From Flavobacterium sp. (lineage in GTDB: Bacteria; Bacteroidota; Bacteroidia; Flavobacteriales; Flavobacteriaceae): 64,000 nucleotides of DNA. Shown here piece after piece: positions 27,611 to 39,912 of this stretch (position 1 is its first letter; every line of letters starts with the position of its first letter). Both the position numbers and the translations under genes were made by a program. The notes under the pieces are model-generated. The model worked only from the letters and a program-made list of their open reading frames with translations, ran no database searches and had not been told where the DNA came from. The stretch covers positions 679-64,678 of the forward strand of contig NZ_JBBALQ010000006.1 in the NCBI RefSeq assembly GCF_040402955.1. The letters run 5' to 3'.

Positions 27611-30205
27611 ATGACTGACGGAGAAAAGTTAATACCTATTAATATTGAAGATGAAATGAAGTCAGCCTACATCGATTATTCGATGTCGGTTATTGTATCA
27701 AGAGCATTGCCAGATGTAAGAGACGGCTTAAAACCAGTTCACAGAAGAGTATTATTTGGTATGTATGAATTAGGCGTTTTTTCTAATAGAGCACATAAAA
27801 AATCCGCGAGAATTGTTGGAGAAGTGTTGGGTAAATACCACCCACACGGTGATACTTCAGTATATGACGCTATGGTTCGTATGGCGCAAGAATGGAGTTT
27901 ACGTTATTTAATGGTAGATGGGCAAGGTAACTTTGGTTCGGTTGATGGAGATAGTCCTGCAGCAATGCGTTATACCGAAGCCAGAATGCGAAAAATATCT
28001 GAAGAAATGTTAGCAGATATTGATAAAGAAACCGTTGACTTCCAGTTGAATTTTGATGATACTTTAGAAGAACCTAAAGTGTTGCCTACAAAAGTACCAA
28101 CGCTTTTAATAAACGGTGCTTCAGGTATTGCAGTAGGTATGGCTACGAATATGGCACCACACAATTTATCAGAAGTAATTGACGGAACGTTAGCTTACAT
28201 TGATAACAGCGAAATTGAAATTGATGAATTAATAAAATATATAAAAGCACCCGATTTTCCTACCGGAGGGACTATTTATGGTTACGAAGGGGTAAAAGAA
28301 GCTTTTAAAACTGGTAGAGGTCGTATTGTAATGCGAGCGAAAACAATGTTTGAAGAAGTAAATGGTAAAGAATCGATTATTGTAACTGAAATTCCATATC
28401 AAGTTAACAAAGCCGACATGATTAAGAAAACGGCTGATTTGGTTAATGATAAAAAAATAGAAGGTATTTCTACTATTAGAGATGAATCGGATAGAACAGG
28501 TATGCGAATTGTTTATGAATTAAGACGTGATGCGGTTCCAAACGTGGTGTTAAATACGCTTTATAAATTCACACAACTACAATCGTCTTTCAGTGTTAAT
28601 AATATTGCATTGGTTAAAGGAAGACCACAAATGTTAAATTTAAAAGATTTAATTCATTATTTCGTGGAACACCGTCATGAAGTAGTGGTAAGACGTGCCC
28701 AATACGATTTAAGAAAAGCAGAAGAAAGAGCGCATATTTTAGAAGGTTTAATTATTGCATCAGATAATATTGATGAGGTTATTAAAATTATTAGAGGTTC
28801 AAAAGATGGAGAAGAAGCAAGAGCCAGATTAATTGAACGGTTTAATTTATCGGAATTACAATCTAGAGCAATTGTTGAAATGAGACTACGTCAACTGACT
28901 GGTTTAGAGCAAGATAAGTTAAGAGGTGAATACGATGAAATCATGAAATTAATTACTAGCTTGAAAGAATTATTAGCTAGTAAAGAATTAAGAATGCAAG
29001 TCATTAAAGATGAGTTAGCTGAAATCAAAGAAAAATACGGAGATGCTCGTCGTTCGTTAATTGAGTATTCTGGAGGTGATGTAAGTATTGAGGATTTAAT
29101 TGCCGATGAAAATGTAGTAGTTACTATTTCGCACGCAGGTTACATCAAACGTACTTCATTATCAGAATACAAAACTCAAAATAGAGGAGGAGTAGGTCAA
29201 AAATCTGCAGGAACTAGAGATCAAGATTTCTTAGAGCATTTATTTGTAGCTACAAATCACCAATATTTATTATTCTTTACTCAAAAAGGAAAATGTTTCT
29301 GGATGCGTGTATACGAAATTCCTGAAGGAACAAAAGCAAGTAAAGGAAGAGCAATTCAAAACATCATTAATATTGAACCAGACGATAAAGTTGCTGCATA
29401 TATTTGTACACAAGACCTAAAAGACCAAGATTATATTAAGAGTCATAACTTAATTATGGTAACCAAGAAAGGTCAAGTGAAGAAAACATCTTTAGAGAAG
29501 TATTCAAAACCACGTGTTAACGGAGTTGCTGCAATTACTATTAAAGAAGGCGATGAATTATTGGGAGCAAAATTAACTAATGGTGAAAGTCAAGTTTTAA
29601 TTGCTGGAAAATCTGGTAAAATGGTTCGTTTTGAAGAAGCTAAAACCCGCCCAATGGGAAGAACGGCTTCTGGAGTTAGAGGAATTACTTTAAAAGATCA
29701 AGCTGACGAAGTAATTGGAATTGTAACGGTTAATAAAGACGATATTAATGACACACAAATTTTAGTTGTAACTGAAAATGGATATGGAAAACGTACTAAA
29801 TTAGTTGATGACGACGGTGAAGATGTGTACCGAATTACAAATCGTGGTGGTAAAGGTGTGAAAACATTAAATATTACTGAAAAAACAGGTTCGTTAATTG
29901 CAATTAATAACGTAACAGATGATGATGATTTAATGATTATCAATAAATCAGGTTTAACGATTCGTATGATGGTTTCTGACCTTCGAGTTATGGGAAGAGC
30001 AACTCAAGGTGTTCGACTAATCAACATCAAAGGAAACGATTCTATCGCAGCGGTAACAAAAGTGTTACGTGAAGATGAAGAAGTAGTGGAATTGGATGAA
30101 GATGGAAACCCGATAGAAGTATTGGAAGCTGAAACTTCTGACGAGGAAACACCAGAAAATAATGATTCAGATGTTGAAACAGACAACAACGAAGAATTGG
30201 AATAA
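27611..30205 (+). CDS. gyrA: DNA gyrase subunit A
   Basis: [10 protein letters not shown] active-site Tyr region, a QRDR-like [17 protein letters not shown] segment, a beta-pinwheel C-terminal domain and an acidic tail. Confidence 0.97.
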   Translation: MTDGEKLIPINIEDEMKSAYIDYSMSVIVSRALPDVRDGLKPVHRRVLFGMYELGVFSNRAHKKSARIVGEVLGKYHPHGDTSVYDAMVRMAQEWSLRYLMVDGQGNFGSVDGDSPAAMRYTEARMRKISEEMLADIDKETVDFQLNFDDTLEEPKVLPTKVPTLLINGASGIAVGMATNMAPHNLSEVIDGTLAYIDNSEIEIDELIKYIKAPDFPTGGTIYGYEGVKEAFKTGRGRIVMRAKTMFEEVNGKESIIVTEIPYQVNKADMIKKTADLVNDKKIEGISTIRDESDRTGMRIVYELRRDAVPNVVLNTLYKFTQLQSSFSVNNIALVKGRPQMLNLKDLIHYFVEHRHEVVVRRAQYDLRKAEERAHILEGLIIASDNIDEVIKIIRGSKDGEEARARLIERFNLSELQSRAIVEMRLRQLTGLEQDKLRGEYDEIMKLITSLKELLASKELRMQVIKDELAEIKEKYGDARRSLIEYSGGDVSIEDLIADENVVVTISHAGYIKRTSLSEYKTQNRGGVGQKSAGTRDQDFLEHLFVATNHQYLLFFTQKGKCFWMRVYEIPEGTKASKGRAIQNIINIEPDDKVAAYICTQDLKDQDYIKSHNLIMVTKKGQVKKTSLEKYSKPRVNGVAAITIKEGDELLGAKLTNGESQVLIAGKSGKMVRFEEAKTRPMGRTASGVRGITLKDQADEVIGIVTVNKDDINDTQILVVTENGYGKRTKLVDDDGEDVYRITNRGGKGVKTLNITEKTGSLIAINNVTDDDDLMIINKSGLTIRMMVSDLRVMGRATQGVRLINIKGNDSIAAVTKVLREDEEVVELDEDGNPIEVLEAETSDEETPENNDSDVETDNNEELE

Positions 30206-30209
30206 TTTT

Positions 30210-30235
30210 AAGCCCAATTCGTTGGGCTTTTTTTA
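30210..30235 (+). terminator. Rho-independent terminator after gyrA
   Basis: Stem aagcccaa/ttgggctt with loop ttcg, followed by a T-run. Confidence 0.75.
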
Positions 30236-30252
30236 ACTTAAAAACTAACGAA

Positions 30253-31332
30253 ATGAAAAAAATTGTATTAGGAGTTTTATTAGTAGTGGCATCAGCTACA
30301 TTTGCTCAAAAAGACGAATTAAAAACATTAAAAAAACTGTATGATAAAGATAAATTGTCTGCTGATGATTTTTCTAAATACAAAGAAACCGTTTTAAAAT
30401 TAGAAGCCGTTGCTTCTTCCGAAAATGATAAAGTAGCAGCAGGTTTTTATAAAGCCATGCAGCCTATAGTAGAAATGTCACCAAGGAGTACACATCCTAA
30501 TCTATTGATGATTCAGAAAATATTTACACCCGAAATATTTACAACTATGGTAGAAGGGATGCGTAAAACCCTTGATTTTGAATCAAAACAAGAGAAAAAG
30601 GTATTTACAGATGATATTAAAAATACAATTATTATTTTTAAACCAATTTTTAAACAAATGGCATTTGATTTTAATGGCTTAAAAAAGTATAAAGAGGCAT
30701 CAAAAGCATTTTATAATACATTCCAATTTGATCCTGCTGATGTAGCTAATTTAGAAAACGCAGCCATAACTGCTATGCAGGGCGAAGATTATATAAATGC
30801 TGAAAAATATTATAGAGAAATTAAATCCATTGGTTTCAATGGTGTTGGGTTGAAGAAATTTGCTGCAAAACCTGAAAATGTTGCTAAAAATATTTTTGCT
30901 TTATCTTTTTTCAATAAAAATGATGAACAAGCAAAATTGGATTTTCTGGAAGCAATTAAATTAAATCCTGAAGATATTCAGATTCAAATGGATCATGCCG
31001 CTATTTATTATAGAAATAATGATATTGTAACGTATCAAAAATTAATTGAAGGCATTTTAGAAAAAGATCCAAATAATGCACAATTACAGTATAATGTAGG
31101 ATTCTTAATGTTGGTTGATGATGCAAAAATTGTAGATGAAATTAATGCCAATTTAAAGAATACAAAAATGTATAATGAGCTAAATGCAAAACGAAAAGCT
31201 ATGTATTTAAAAGCATTACCCTATTTTGAAAGAGCACATCAACTAGATGTGGCAAACCAAGATATGAAAACAATTTTAAAATTGAGTTATGAAACTCTAG
31301 GAATGAAAGACAAAGCAGCTTCTGTTGAATAA
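30253..31332 (+). CDS. Tetratricopeptide-repeat protein, secreted
   Basis: Signal peptide and TPR-like helical repeats. This is a conserved position after gyrA in Flavobacteriia (from recollection). Confidence 0.6.
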   Translation: MKKIVLGVLLVVASATFAQKDELKTLKKLYDKDKLSADDFSKYKETVLKLEAVASSENDKVAAGFYKAMQPIVEMSPRSTHPNLLMIQKIFTPEIFTTMVEGMRKTLDFESKQEKKVFTDDIKNTIIIFKPIFKQMAFDFNGLKKYKEASKAFYNTFQFDPADVANLENAAITAMQGEDYINAEKYYREIKSIGFNGVGLKKFAAKPENVAKNIFALSFFNKNDEQAKLDFLEAIKLNPEDIQIQMDHAAIYYRNNDIVTYQKLIEGILEKDPNNAQLQYNVGFLMLVDDAKIVDEINANLKNTKMYNELNAKRKAMYLKALPYFERAHQLDVANQDMKTILKLSYETLGMKDKAASVE

Positions 31333-31364
31333 AAAAATCCCCAATGAAAGTTGGGGATTTTTTT
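31331..31364. terminator. Bidirectional terminator
   Basis: Reads aaaaaaatccccaa-tgaaag-ttggggattttttt and lies between convergent genes. Confidence 0.85.
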
Positions 31365-31371
31365 GTATAAT

Positions 31372-31956
31372 TTATTCTTTAAAAACCATATCAATACACA
31401 TTACTGCTGAAATTAGCAAAGGGCGTAGTTTGCTCTCTTCGGCTACATCTGTTATATTTATTACGTAATTATCAGCACTTGTAAAAAATTCTTTTCCTAA
31501 ACCAGCCCATTTTTTAGAAACATTAGCCAATTCTTTATTGTCTTTATTAAATTTAAAATCCCATCCTGTCCATTTACCTTGAAGTGTACATAAATGTTTG
31601 TCTTGATGGTCGTGTACTTCAAATCTGCCACCAAAAGAAAAGAATTTCTGTTTAAACACGCCGATTTTTCTTCCACCACCATCAAAAACATCAATATCGG
31701 AACGAAAAATTGTTACGCCTCTTTTAATTTGAATGGTTAATTCGCCAGTTGCGGTTCTAATTTCTATATCAAATGGTGTCATTCTTTTGTAATCTGTAAA
31801 ACGAAATAGTTTTGTAAAAAAGCCCAAATTTGGTTCCCTACATGTTAATACTAATTCATTGTTTTCTGGATTAAAAATATCATAGTTATTGGATGCTTTA
31901 AACATACCTATTTGTTCTTTTACAAGAAAAATATTTTGATTAAAAATTGGATTCAT
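31372..31956 (-). CDS. Scramblase / LURP-one-related (tubby C-terminal-like fold) family protein
   Basis: 194 aa. The pattern ..NYDIFNPENNELVLTCREPNLGFFTKLFRFTDYKRMTPFDIEIR.. matches my recollection of bacterial scramblase-family proteins. Confidence 0.5.
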   Translation of the reverse strand: MNPIFNQNIFLVKEQIGMFKASNNYDIFNPENNELVLTCREPNLGFFTKLFRFTDYKRMTPFDIEIRTATGELTIQIKRGVTIFRSDIDVFDGGGRKIGVFKQKFFSFGGRFEVHDHQDKHLCTLQGKWTGWDFKFNKDNKELANVSKKWAGLGKEFFTSADNYVINITDVAEESKLRPLLISAVMCIDMVFKE

Positions 31957-31958
31957 AA

Positions 31959-32789
31959 TTATTTTTTTAGGGTTAATTTATAAATTTTTGATTCTAAAAT
32001 TTCTGTATCATTGTCTTCGCAAAGTAAAAAATGAATTTCTGTATCTTTGTTTTCGTATAATGTAATGCCTTCAAATTTTTGTGTATTTGATATAATTTGT
32101 GTTTCTATAATTTCAAATGTATCACTTTTCATTTTTCCAATAAGCGAACCTAATATCTCACCGTCTTCATAAGTTGAAACAGTATCTTCTGCAGTTGCTA
32201 AAAAATAAATGAATTGATCTACTAAAATAGCATCTGTAAATGAGACTTCAACGTTTTTAATTTTTGGTAATTTGATGGCCACATACTGTTTTGAAAGTGA
32301 GGTAGTAACAGGAACAATAAATATTCCATTTTTGCAGTTTTTTCCATTGCCTCTTTGAAAAAGCAACATGGTTTTATTTGCACAAATTGCACCTTCTATA
32401 TTAAGTTCATCTTCGTTTAATGAAGCTAATTTTCTTAAAAAATCATACAATACAGACAAATCATTTTTTTGTAAAGCATCAGTTTCTATATTTAAAGAAA
32501 ACATAGTATTTCGTTGTGCCGTTGAACCAGAACCAAAAATAAAAATTTGATTTCCAAAATGAGTCAAAGCTTCTAAATCTAATTTATTTTTTTTGGGAAT
32601 ATTTTCTTGTGGATTATCTACTAAAGGAAATTTAAGAACTAATTTTTTGTTTATTACATATTGATATAAAAAAGTACTGTTGTCTGAAATAATAAAAAGT
32701 ACATTTTGATAATATATTAATCCAGAAGCAGAACCGATACCTTTTATATGTTCGAATTCAGTTAATACATAATTCTTCATTTTAGTCAA
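31959..32789 (-). CDS. Hypothetical protein (possibly beta-propeller-like)
   Basis: 276-aa ORF with no recognisable motif. It is tightly packed between the TPK and scramblase-like genes. Confidence 0.5.
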   Translation of the reverse strand: MTKMKNYVLTEFEHIKGIGSASGLIYYQNVLFIISDNSTFLYQYVINKKLVLKFPLVDNPQENIPKKNKLDLEALTHFGNQIFIFGSGSTAQRNTMFSLNIETDALQKNDLSVLYDFLRKLASLNEDELNIEGAICANKTMLLFQRGNGKNCKNGIFIVPVTTSLSKQYVAIKLPKIKNVEVSFTDAILVDQFIYFLATAEDTVSTYEDGEILGSLIGKMKSDTFEIIETQIISNTQKFEGITLYENKDTEIHFLLCEDNDTEILESKIYKLTLKK

Positions 32790-33444
32790 AACTTTCTATT
32801 AATAATAAATTACCTTTTTCGTGAGTGATTGTAATTATTCCGTCTTCGCTAACGTGATTGCTACTTCCTGTTCTATATCCTAATTCTAAACTTTCATTTT
32901 GCAATTTGTAAAATAGATTTTCGGTACAAATATTTTCTACTTTTCCTAATGGAATTAATGAAATTATAGCATTTTTAGGGTACCATTTTTTAAAGGAATT
33001 AGGTAATAGAAATACTTTTGAATGGTCATCAAATAAAACAATTTTTAATTGATTTCTATACGAAGCAAGAGTTGAAAAATTATTTAAAGTATGATCTGCT
33101 CGTTTGCCAGTCGCCCAAATTACATTTGTAGCTTTGTGGCCTTTTTGTATTAAAAATTCAAATGCTTTTTCTAAATCAGTTTTATTTTGATCTGGTGTAT
33201 GAATAATTTCAATTGGATAATGATTTTCTTTGTAAAATTGGGCATCAAAATTTCTATCAAAATCACCTAATAAAACATCTACTTTTATGCCTAATTCCAA
33301 AACACGTTCTATAGCCGCATCTAAAACAATTACCAATGGCGACCATTCTAAAAGTTGTCCTAAAAGTTCAGTATTACAAGCCAACCCATTTGCAATAATT
33401 AATGCGGGTTCTTGGTCGTCGCGAACAATATGATGTGAAGACAT
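32782..33444 (-). CDS. Thiamine diphosphokinase
   Basis: LLGDFDR and DQNKTDLEKAF motifs plus a C-terminal B1-binding-like domain; 220 aa. Confidence 0.75.
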   Translation of the reverse strand: MSSHHIVRDDQEPALIIANGLACNTELLGQLLEWSPLVIVLDAAIERVLELGIKVDVLLGDFDRNFDAQFYKENHYPIEIIHTPDQNKTDLEKAFEFLIQKGHKATNVIWATGKRADHTLNNFSTLASYRNQLKIVLFDDHSKVFLLPNSFKKWYPKNAIISLIPLGKVENICTENLFYKLQNESLELGYRTGSSNHVSEDGIITITHEKGNLLLIESFD

Positions 33445-33453
33445 GTTAGTTTT

Positions 33454-33475
33454 GTTTCAGGTTTCGGGTTTTAAG
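33454..33475. repeat. Heptamer repeat GTTTCAG GTTTCGG GTTTTAAG immediately upstream of the TPK start
   Basis: Read directly. The unit matches the arms flanking the four-helix-bundle cassette. Confidence 0.6.
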
Positions 33476-33525
33476 TTTTTCTTGTTTGTAAATTTATAAT
33501 GACTCCAAAGTTATTGTTTTTAATT

Positions 33526-33565
33526 GATTTAAGAAATTATAAAATTTAATATAATTTCTTAAATC
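33526..33565. repeat. Perfect 16-bp AT-rich inverted repeat with an 8-nt loop (possible terminator of the TonB-receptor/DUF4249 operon, or an operator)
   Basis: The arms are gatttaagaaattata (33526-33541) and tataatttcttaaatc (33550-33565). Confidence 0.5.
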
Positions 33566-33592
33566 TGCGTTTAAAAACTAATGATGATTTTG

Positions 33593-34411
33593 CTATTGAA
33601 TTGTATAATTTCTCACATCCACTTCTGACAATCTAAAATAACCTAACGGATAATTAGTGCTATTAGTTTGATTGATAATATTTCCTTTAACAGTAGCTGG
33701 AGGCGTGCTAAAAGGACCATTACTTAATCCTCCAGAAATACTTATTAAAATACTCATAAAATTATAGTAACGTTCAGAAACTCCGTGTAATGTAAATTTA
33801 ATATTTTGAGCAGGTGTTAAATTTTCATCAATTAGTAATGAAAACATTTGGTTTCCATTTTCAAATTCATCATTAAAAGCACCTAAAAGCGGGAACGGTC
33901 TATACGGCACTTTGTATTCTTCTAAATAGAAATTAGATTCTGATCCGTTATCCTGAAAATTAAATTTTAATTCTATTTCATTTCCAGTAATTCCGTTTAA
34001 ATTTTGTTCGATTGAAGTGATTGTAGGAACTGGATATAATTTGTCTGTGGCAACATATGTTTGTCCGTTATGAATTACCGCCAGTGTGTAAACCCCATTT
34101 AATACAGGAGTAAAATTAGTACATTTATAAATTCCAGTTGTGCCAACTTCTAAGAAATTAAAAATAATGTTATTTGAATCTGTTATTCTTACAATTGCCC
34201 CATTTACAACAGGCACAACGTTGTTGAAATAATCAGCAGTAGTTGTTATTTTTATAGATTGCTCATTACCAGGCGTACCTTTTTCCCATTTAATGGAAGC
34301 ATCAATAACCAATTTTGGTTCGCTATTATTTAAATCTACATCAACTACTTCTTCGCAACCAAATAGAATTAAACCAATTGCTAAAATGAAATATTTTATA
34401 TTATTTTTCAT
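33593..34411 (-). CDS. DUF4249 domain-containing lipoprotein
   Basis: Lipobox LFGC. It occupies the usual partner position directly after a CarboxypepD_reg-type TonB-dependent receptor. Confidence 0.65.
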   Translation of the reverse strand: MKNNIKYFILAIGLILFGCEEVVDVDLNNSEPKLVIDASIKWEKGTPGNEQSIKITTTADYFNNVVPVVNGAIVRITDSNNIIFNFLEVGTTGIYKCTNFTPVLNGVYTLAVIHNGQTYVATDKLYPVPTITSIEQNLNGITGNEIELKFNFQDNGSESNFYLEEYKVPYRPFPLLGAFNDEFENGNQMFSLLIDENLTPAQNIKFTLHGVSERYYNFMSILISISGGLSNGPFSTPPATVKGNIINQTNSTNYPLGYFRLSEVDVRNYTIQ

Positions 34412-34415
34412 TGTT

Positions 34416-36794
34416 TTAAAATTTAAAATTATAAGTTACACTTGGTACGATTCCAAAAATAGAAAGTTTTACAGCTTCATTCAATCCGCTGTCTTGATTT
34501 TGTCTGAAATTTATAGACGCTGCATTTTTTCTACCGTATAAATTATATACTGAAAAAACCCATTCACCTTGCCAATTTCTGCCTTTATTTTTGGTTGGAT
34601 TTAAGGTAGCAGAAACATCAATACGATGATAAGCGGGTAAATTATCTTGATTTCTATTTCCATATACGGGAACATTGATGCCTTGATATTGGTATTGTGC
34701 CGTTGGAAAAGTAACCGGTTGCCCCGTTTGATAGGTGAAAATACTTCCAAAACTCCACTTTTCATTTAATTTATACATTCCAGTAACATAAATATTATGC
34801 ATTTTGTCCCAACCTGTTTTATACCAATTACCATTATTTATTCCAGATTCTATAGGTATCCGTCCTGCAGTTAGTTGCTCCGAACGTGAAAGCGTATATG
34901 AAATCCAACCTGAAAGTTTCCCTACGTTTTTCTTTGCCATAATTTCTAGTCCATAAGCTCGTGTTTTTCCTGCAAGCAATACTTGTTCAATTGCTTCGTT
35001 AGCAATTAGGTCGGCGCCATCTATATAATCTAATCTGTTTTTTACAGTTTTGTAAAACGATTCTACCTCTAAAGTATAGTCGCCATTTTTTAAATTTTTA
35101 AAATATCCTAGAGCAAACTGATCTAAAATTTGAGGTTTTAAGAAGTTATCACTCGGTGTCCATATATCTAATGGCGTAGGCGATTGTGTATTAGAAATTA
35201 AATGCAAATACTGACTCATTCTATTGTAACTCGCTTTCACAGATTGGTTGTCGTCAAAAGTATACGCCAAAGCAATTCGAGGTTCTAAATTATCAAAACT
35301 GGCAATGGTTTCGTTCTTCCCATAATATTTTGTATTAATCGGAGTCGCTTTTTCGTAAATACCCAAATCTGCATCATAAGTTACGGGTTGGTTATTTGCA
35401 TATATGTTAATGGTTTGTTCGCCTAATCTATAAAACATACTATATCTTAATCCGTAATTTACTGACAATTTATCCGTTAATTTTTGTTCTGCATCAATAT
35501 AAAAAGCAGGTTCAAAGGCGTGTTTTTTGGCAAGTTGTTTTTCATTAATACTCGAATTTGCATCTATTGGCTCAATTCTTCCTGGATTGAAATCATAATA
35601 AATGGCATTTGCTCCATAAAATAATTTAAAACTATCCGAAATATAATGTTTAAAATCATATTTAAAATTGTAATTTTTTATGCCACTTTCCCAGTTGAAT
35701 CCAATAAAATCTAGTGTTAAACCATAGTAATAATCACTATAAATAAACGAAGCATTTGAGAATAATTTATCGTTAAATAAGTGATTCCAACGTACATTTA
35801 AAACAGAATTTCCATAGGTGTTTATAAATTGTTTGTTTATGCTGAATAAATCTCTTCCAAAATAACCTGATAAAAATAAGTTGTTATTTTCGTTCAATTT
35901 GTAATTTATTTTTGTGTTTAAATCATAAAAATAAGCCGAATTATTATTGTCAGCTAGTTTCAAAAATAAATGTGCATAGCTGCTTCTCCCAGCTATTAAG
36001 AAAGAGCCTTTGTCTTTTACGATTGGTCCTTCGGCTAATATTCTACTTGAAATTAGACCAATTCCTCCCGTCATTCCGAATTTTTTACTGTTACCTTCTT
36101 TCTGATAAATATCTAAAACAGAAGCCACTCTTCCGCCAAATCTTGCAGGAATTCCACCCTTATATAGTTTTAAATCTTTAATGGCATCAGCATTGAAAAC
36201 AGAGAAAAAACCGAATAAATGCGAGGAATTATAAATAGTAGCTTCATCTAATAATATTAAATTTTGATCTGCTGCACCACCGCGAACGTTAAATCCAGAT
36301 TGTCCTTCACCTGCATTTGTAACGCCTGGTAAAGTTAAAATCGACTTTATTACATCCACTTCACCTAAAATTGCAGGCATTGCTTTTATTTGCGAAATAG
36401 TAAGTTTATTGACACTCATTTCTGGTTTGTCAATTTGTAGTTTTTTTGAATTTCCAAGAACTATTACTTGTTCAATCTCATTTGATTTTTCAATCAAAAA
36501 TAAATCTTTTTTAGTATTAGTATCTAAAGTAATTACTTCCGAAAAACCATCGAAACTTAAAGAATTAATAACGATTTTGTATTCGCCTTTAGGCAAAGAA
36601 ATGGAATAAAACCCGTATTCATTGGTTAAAGAAGTTCTTGTGGTTGTTTTATTTTGAAAAGAAATTGTAACACCAATTAAAGTTTCATTGGATTTTTGAT
36701 CTTTTACTATACCGCTTAAAGTTACTTTATCTTGCGAAAAGGCAGATGCAAAAAGAAAGAAAAATAAGAGTGTTAAAAAGTTGTTTTTTTTCAT
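34416..36794 (-). CDS. TonB-dependent receptor with an N-terminal carboxypeptidase-regulatory-like domain
   Basis: Signal peptide from the ATG at 36794, a plug domain (..GVTNAGEGQSGFNVRGG..) and a C-terminal beta-barrel ending in F. Confidence 0.85.
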   Translation of the reverse strand: MKKNNFLTLLFFFLFASAFSQDKVTLSGIVKDQKSNETLIGVTISFQNKTTTRTSLTNEYGFYSISLPKGEYKIVINSLSFDGFSEVITLDTNTKKDLFLIEKSNEIEQVIVLGNSKKLQIDKPEMSVNKLTISQIKAMPAILGEVDVIKSILTLPGVTNAGEGQSGFNVRGGAADQNLILLDEATIYNSSHLFGFFSVFNADAIKDLKLYKGGIPARFGGRVASVLDIYQKEGNSKKFGMTGGIGLISSRILAEGPIVKDKGSFLIAGRSSYAHLFLKLADNNNSAYFYDLNTKINYKLNENNNLFLSGYFGRDLFSINKQFINTYGNSVLNVRWNHLFNDKLFSNASFIYSDYYYGLTLDFIGFNWESGIKNYNFKYDFKHYISDSFKLFYGANAIYYDFNPGRIEPIDANSSINEKQLAKKHAFEPAFYIDAEQKLTDKLSVNYGLRYSMFYRLGEQTINIYANNQPVTYDADLGIYEKATPINTKYYGKNETIASFDNLEPRIALAYTFDDNQSVKASYNRMSQYLHLISNTQSPTPLDIWTPSDNFLKPQILDQFALGYFKNLKNGDYTLEVESFYKTVKNRLDYIDGADLIANEAIEQVLLAGKTRAYGLEIMAKKNVGKLSGWISYTLSRSEQLTAGRIPIESGINNGNWYKTGWDKMHNIYVTGMYKLNEKWSFGSIFTYQTGQPVTFPTAQYQYQGINVPVYGNRNQDNLPAYHRIDVSATLNPTKNKGRNWQGEWVFSVYNLYGRKNAASINFRQNQDSGLNEAVKLSIFGIVPSVTYNFKF

Positions 36795-36864
36795 TTTATT
36801 TGTTTCAAGGTTTGATGCAAATTTCGTAAAAATATTGCAAAACATTTGTTAAGTAGACGTTAAT

Positions 36865-36900
36865 TAAAAAAGGCGATATAAAGAAATTACATCGCCTTTA
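36865..36900 (-). terminator. Rho-independent terminator of icd
   Basis: On the minus strand the stem is aaaggcgat/atcgccttt, followed by a T-run. Confidence 0.7.
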
Positions 36901-36919
36901 ATTACTTTGTAAACGAAAT

Positions 36920-39133
<2,214 letters not shown>

Positions 39134-39290
39134 TTATATAGTTTATTTATTTCTAAATTAAGGTTAGCAAATATAAGAAATTTAGAGGTATTTTAATTCG
39201 TAAACAACAAAAAATAATACAATTTCGAAATTGATAATTTTAGCCTTAAAAATTACAGATTTAATAATTTTTGACTTAAAAAATAAGGAT

Positions 39291-39320
39291 AAAAAAAAAT
39301 CCCGATACAATCGGGATTTC
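39291..39320 (-). terminator. Rho-independent terminator of rplS
   Basis: On the minus strand the stem is aaatcccgat/atcgggattt, followed by a T-run. Confidence 0.8.
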
Positions 39321-39342
39321 TTTATGAATACAAATAAGAAGA

Positions 39343-39693
39343 TTAACCTCTTCTTTCTTTGATTTTTGCTTTTTTACCAGTAAGTTCTCTAAAGTAGTAA
39401 ATTCTTGCTCTACGTACTTTACCTTTTTGGTTCATTTCAATTTTTTGTAAAGCTGGCATATTAACTGGGAAGATACGTTCTACACCAATTGCTCCAGACA
39501 TTTTACGGATTGTAAATGTTTCAGTAGAAGATGATCCTCTTTTTTGAATTACAACTCCTTTGAAAAACTGAGTTCTTGTTTTTTCACCCTCTTTAATTTC
39601 GTAGTACACAGTAATAGTGTCTCCTGCGCTAAAGTTAGGAAAGTCTTTTTTCGATACTAATTCGTTTTGAACGAAATCAAGTAAATTTGACAT
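39343..39693 (-). CDS. rplS: 50S ribosomal protein L19
   Basis: 116 aa; ..FSAGDTITVYYEIKEGEKTRTQFFKGVVIQ.. is a classic L19 sequence. Confidence 0.95.
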   Translation of the reverse strand: MSNLLDFVQNELVSKKDFPNFSAGDTITVYYEIKEGEKTRTQFFKGVVIQKRGSSSTETFTIRKMSGAIGVERIFPVNMPALQKIEMNQKGKVRRARIYYFRELTGKKAKIKERRG

Positions 39694-39912
39694 AATTGTT
39701 TATATAAATCATTAAATCTAAGCAACATACACGTCTTTCGCCAGAGGTTGATTAAAGTGGATGCAAAAGTAATACTATTTTTCAATTCTGCAAATTAATT
39801 ATTTCATTAAATATAGGTAAGCGTTAATTTTATTATAAAGTTGTAAAAACTTCCAGTTGCTAACTTCTATCTTCTAATCTTTTAAATTATATTTGCCCTT
39901 TAAAATAGTATA

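Noticed and set aside
39866-39890. Tandem ACTTCTA TCTTCTA ATCTTTT upstream of tgt as another heptamer repeat family.
   Set aside because: There are only two clear units, and they overlap the likely tgt promoter region (TATATTTG just downstream). It cannot be distinguished from chance in AT-rich DNA.
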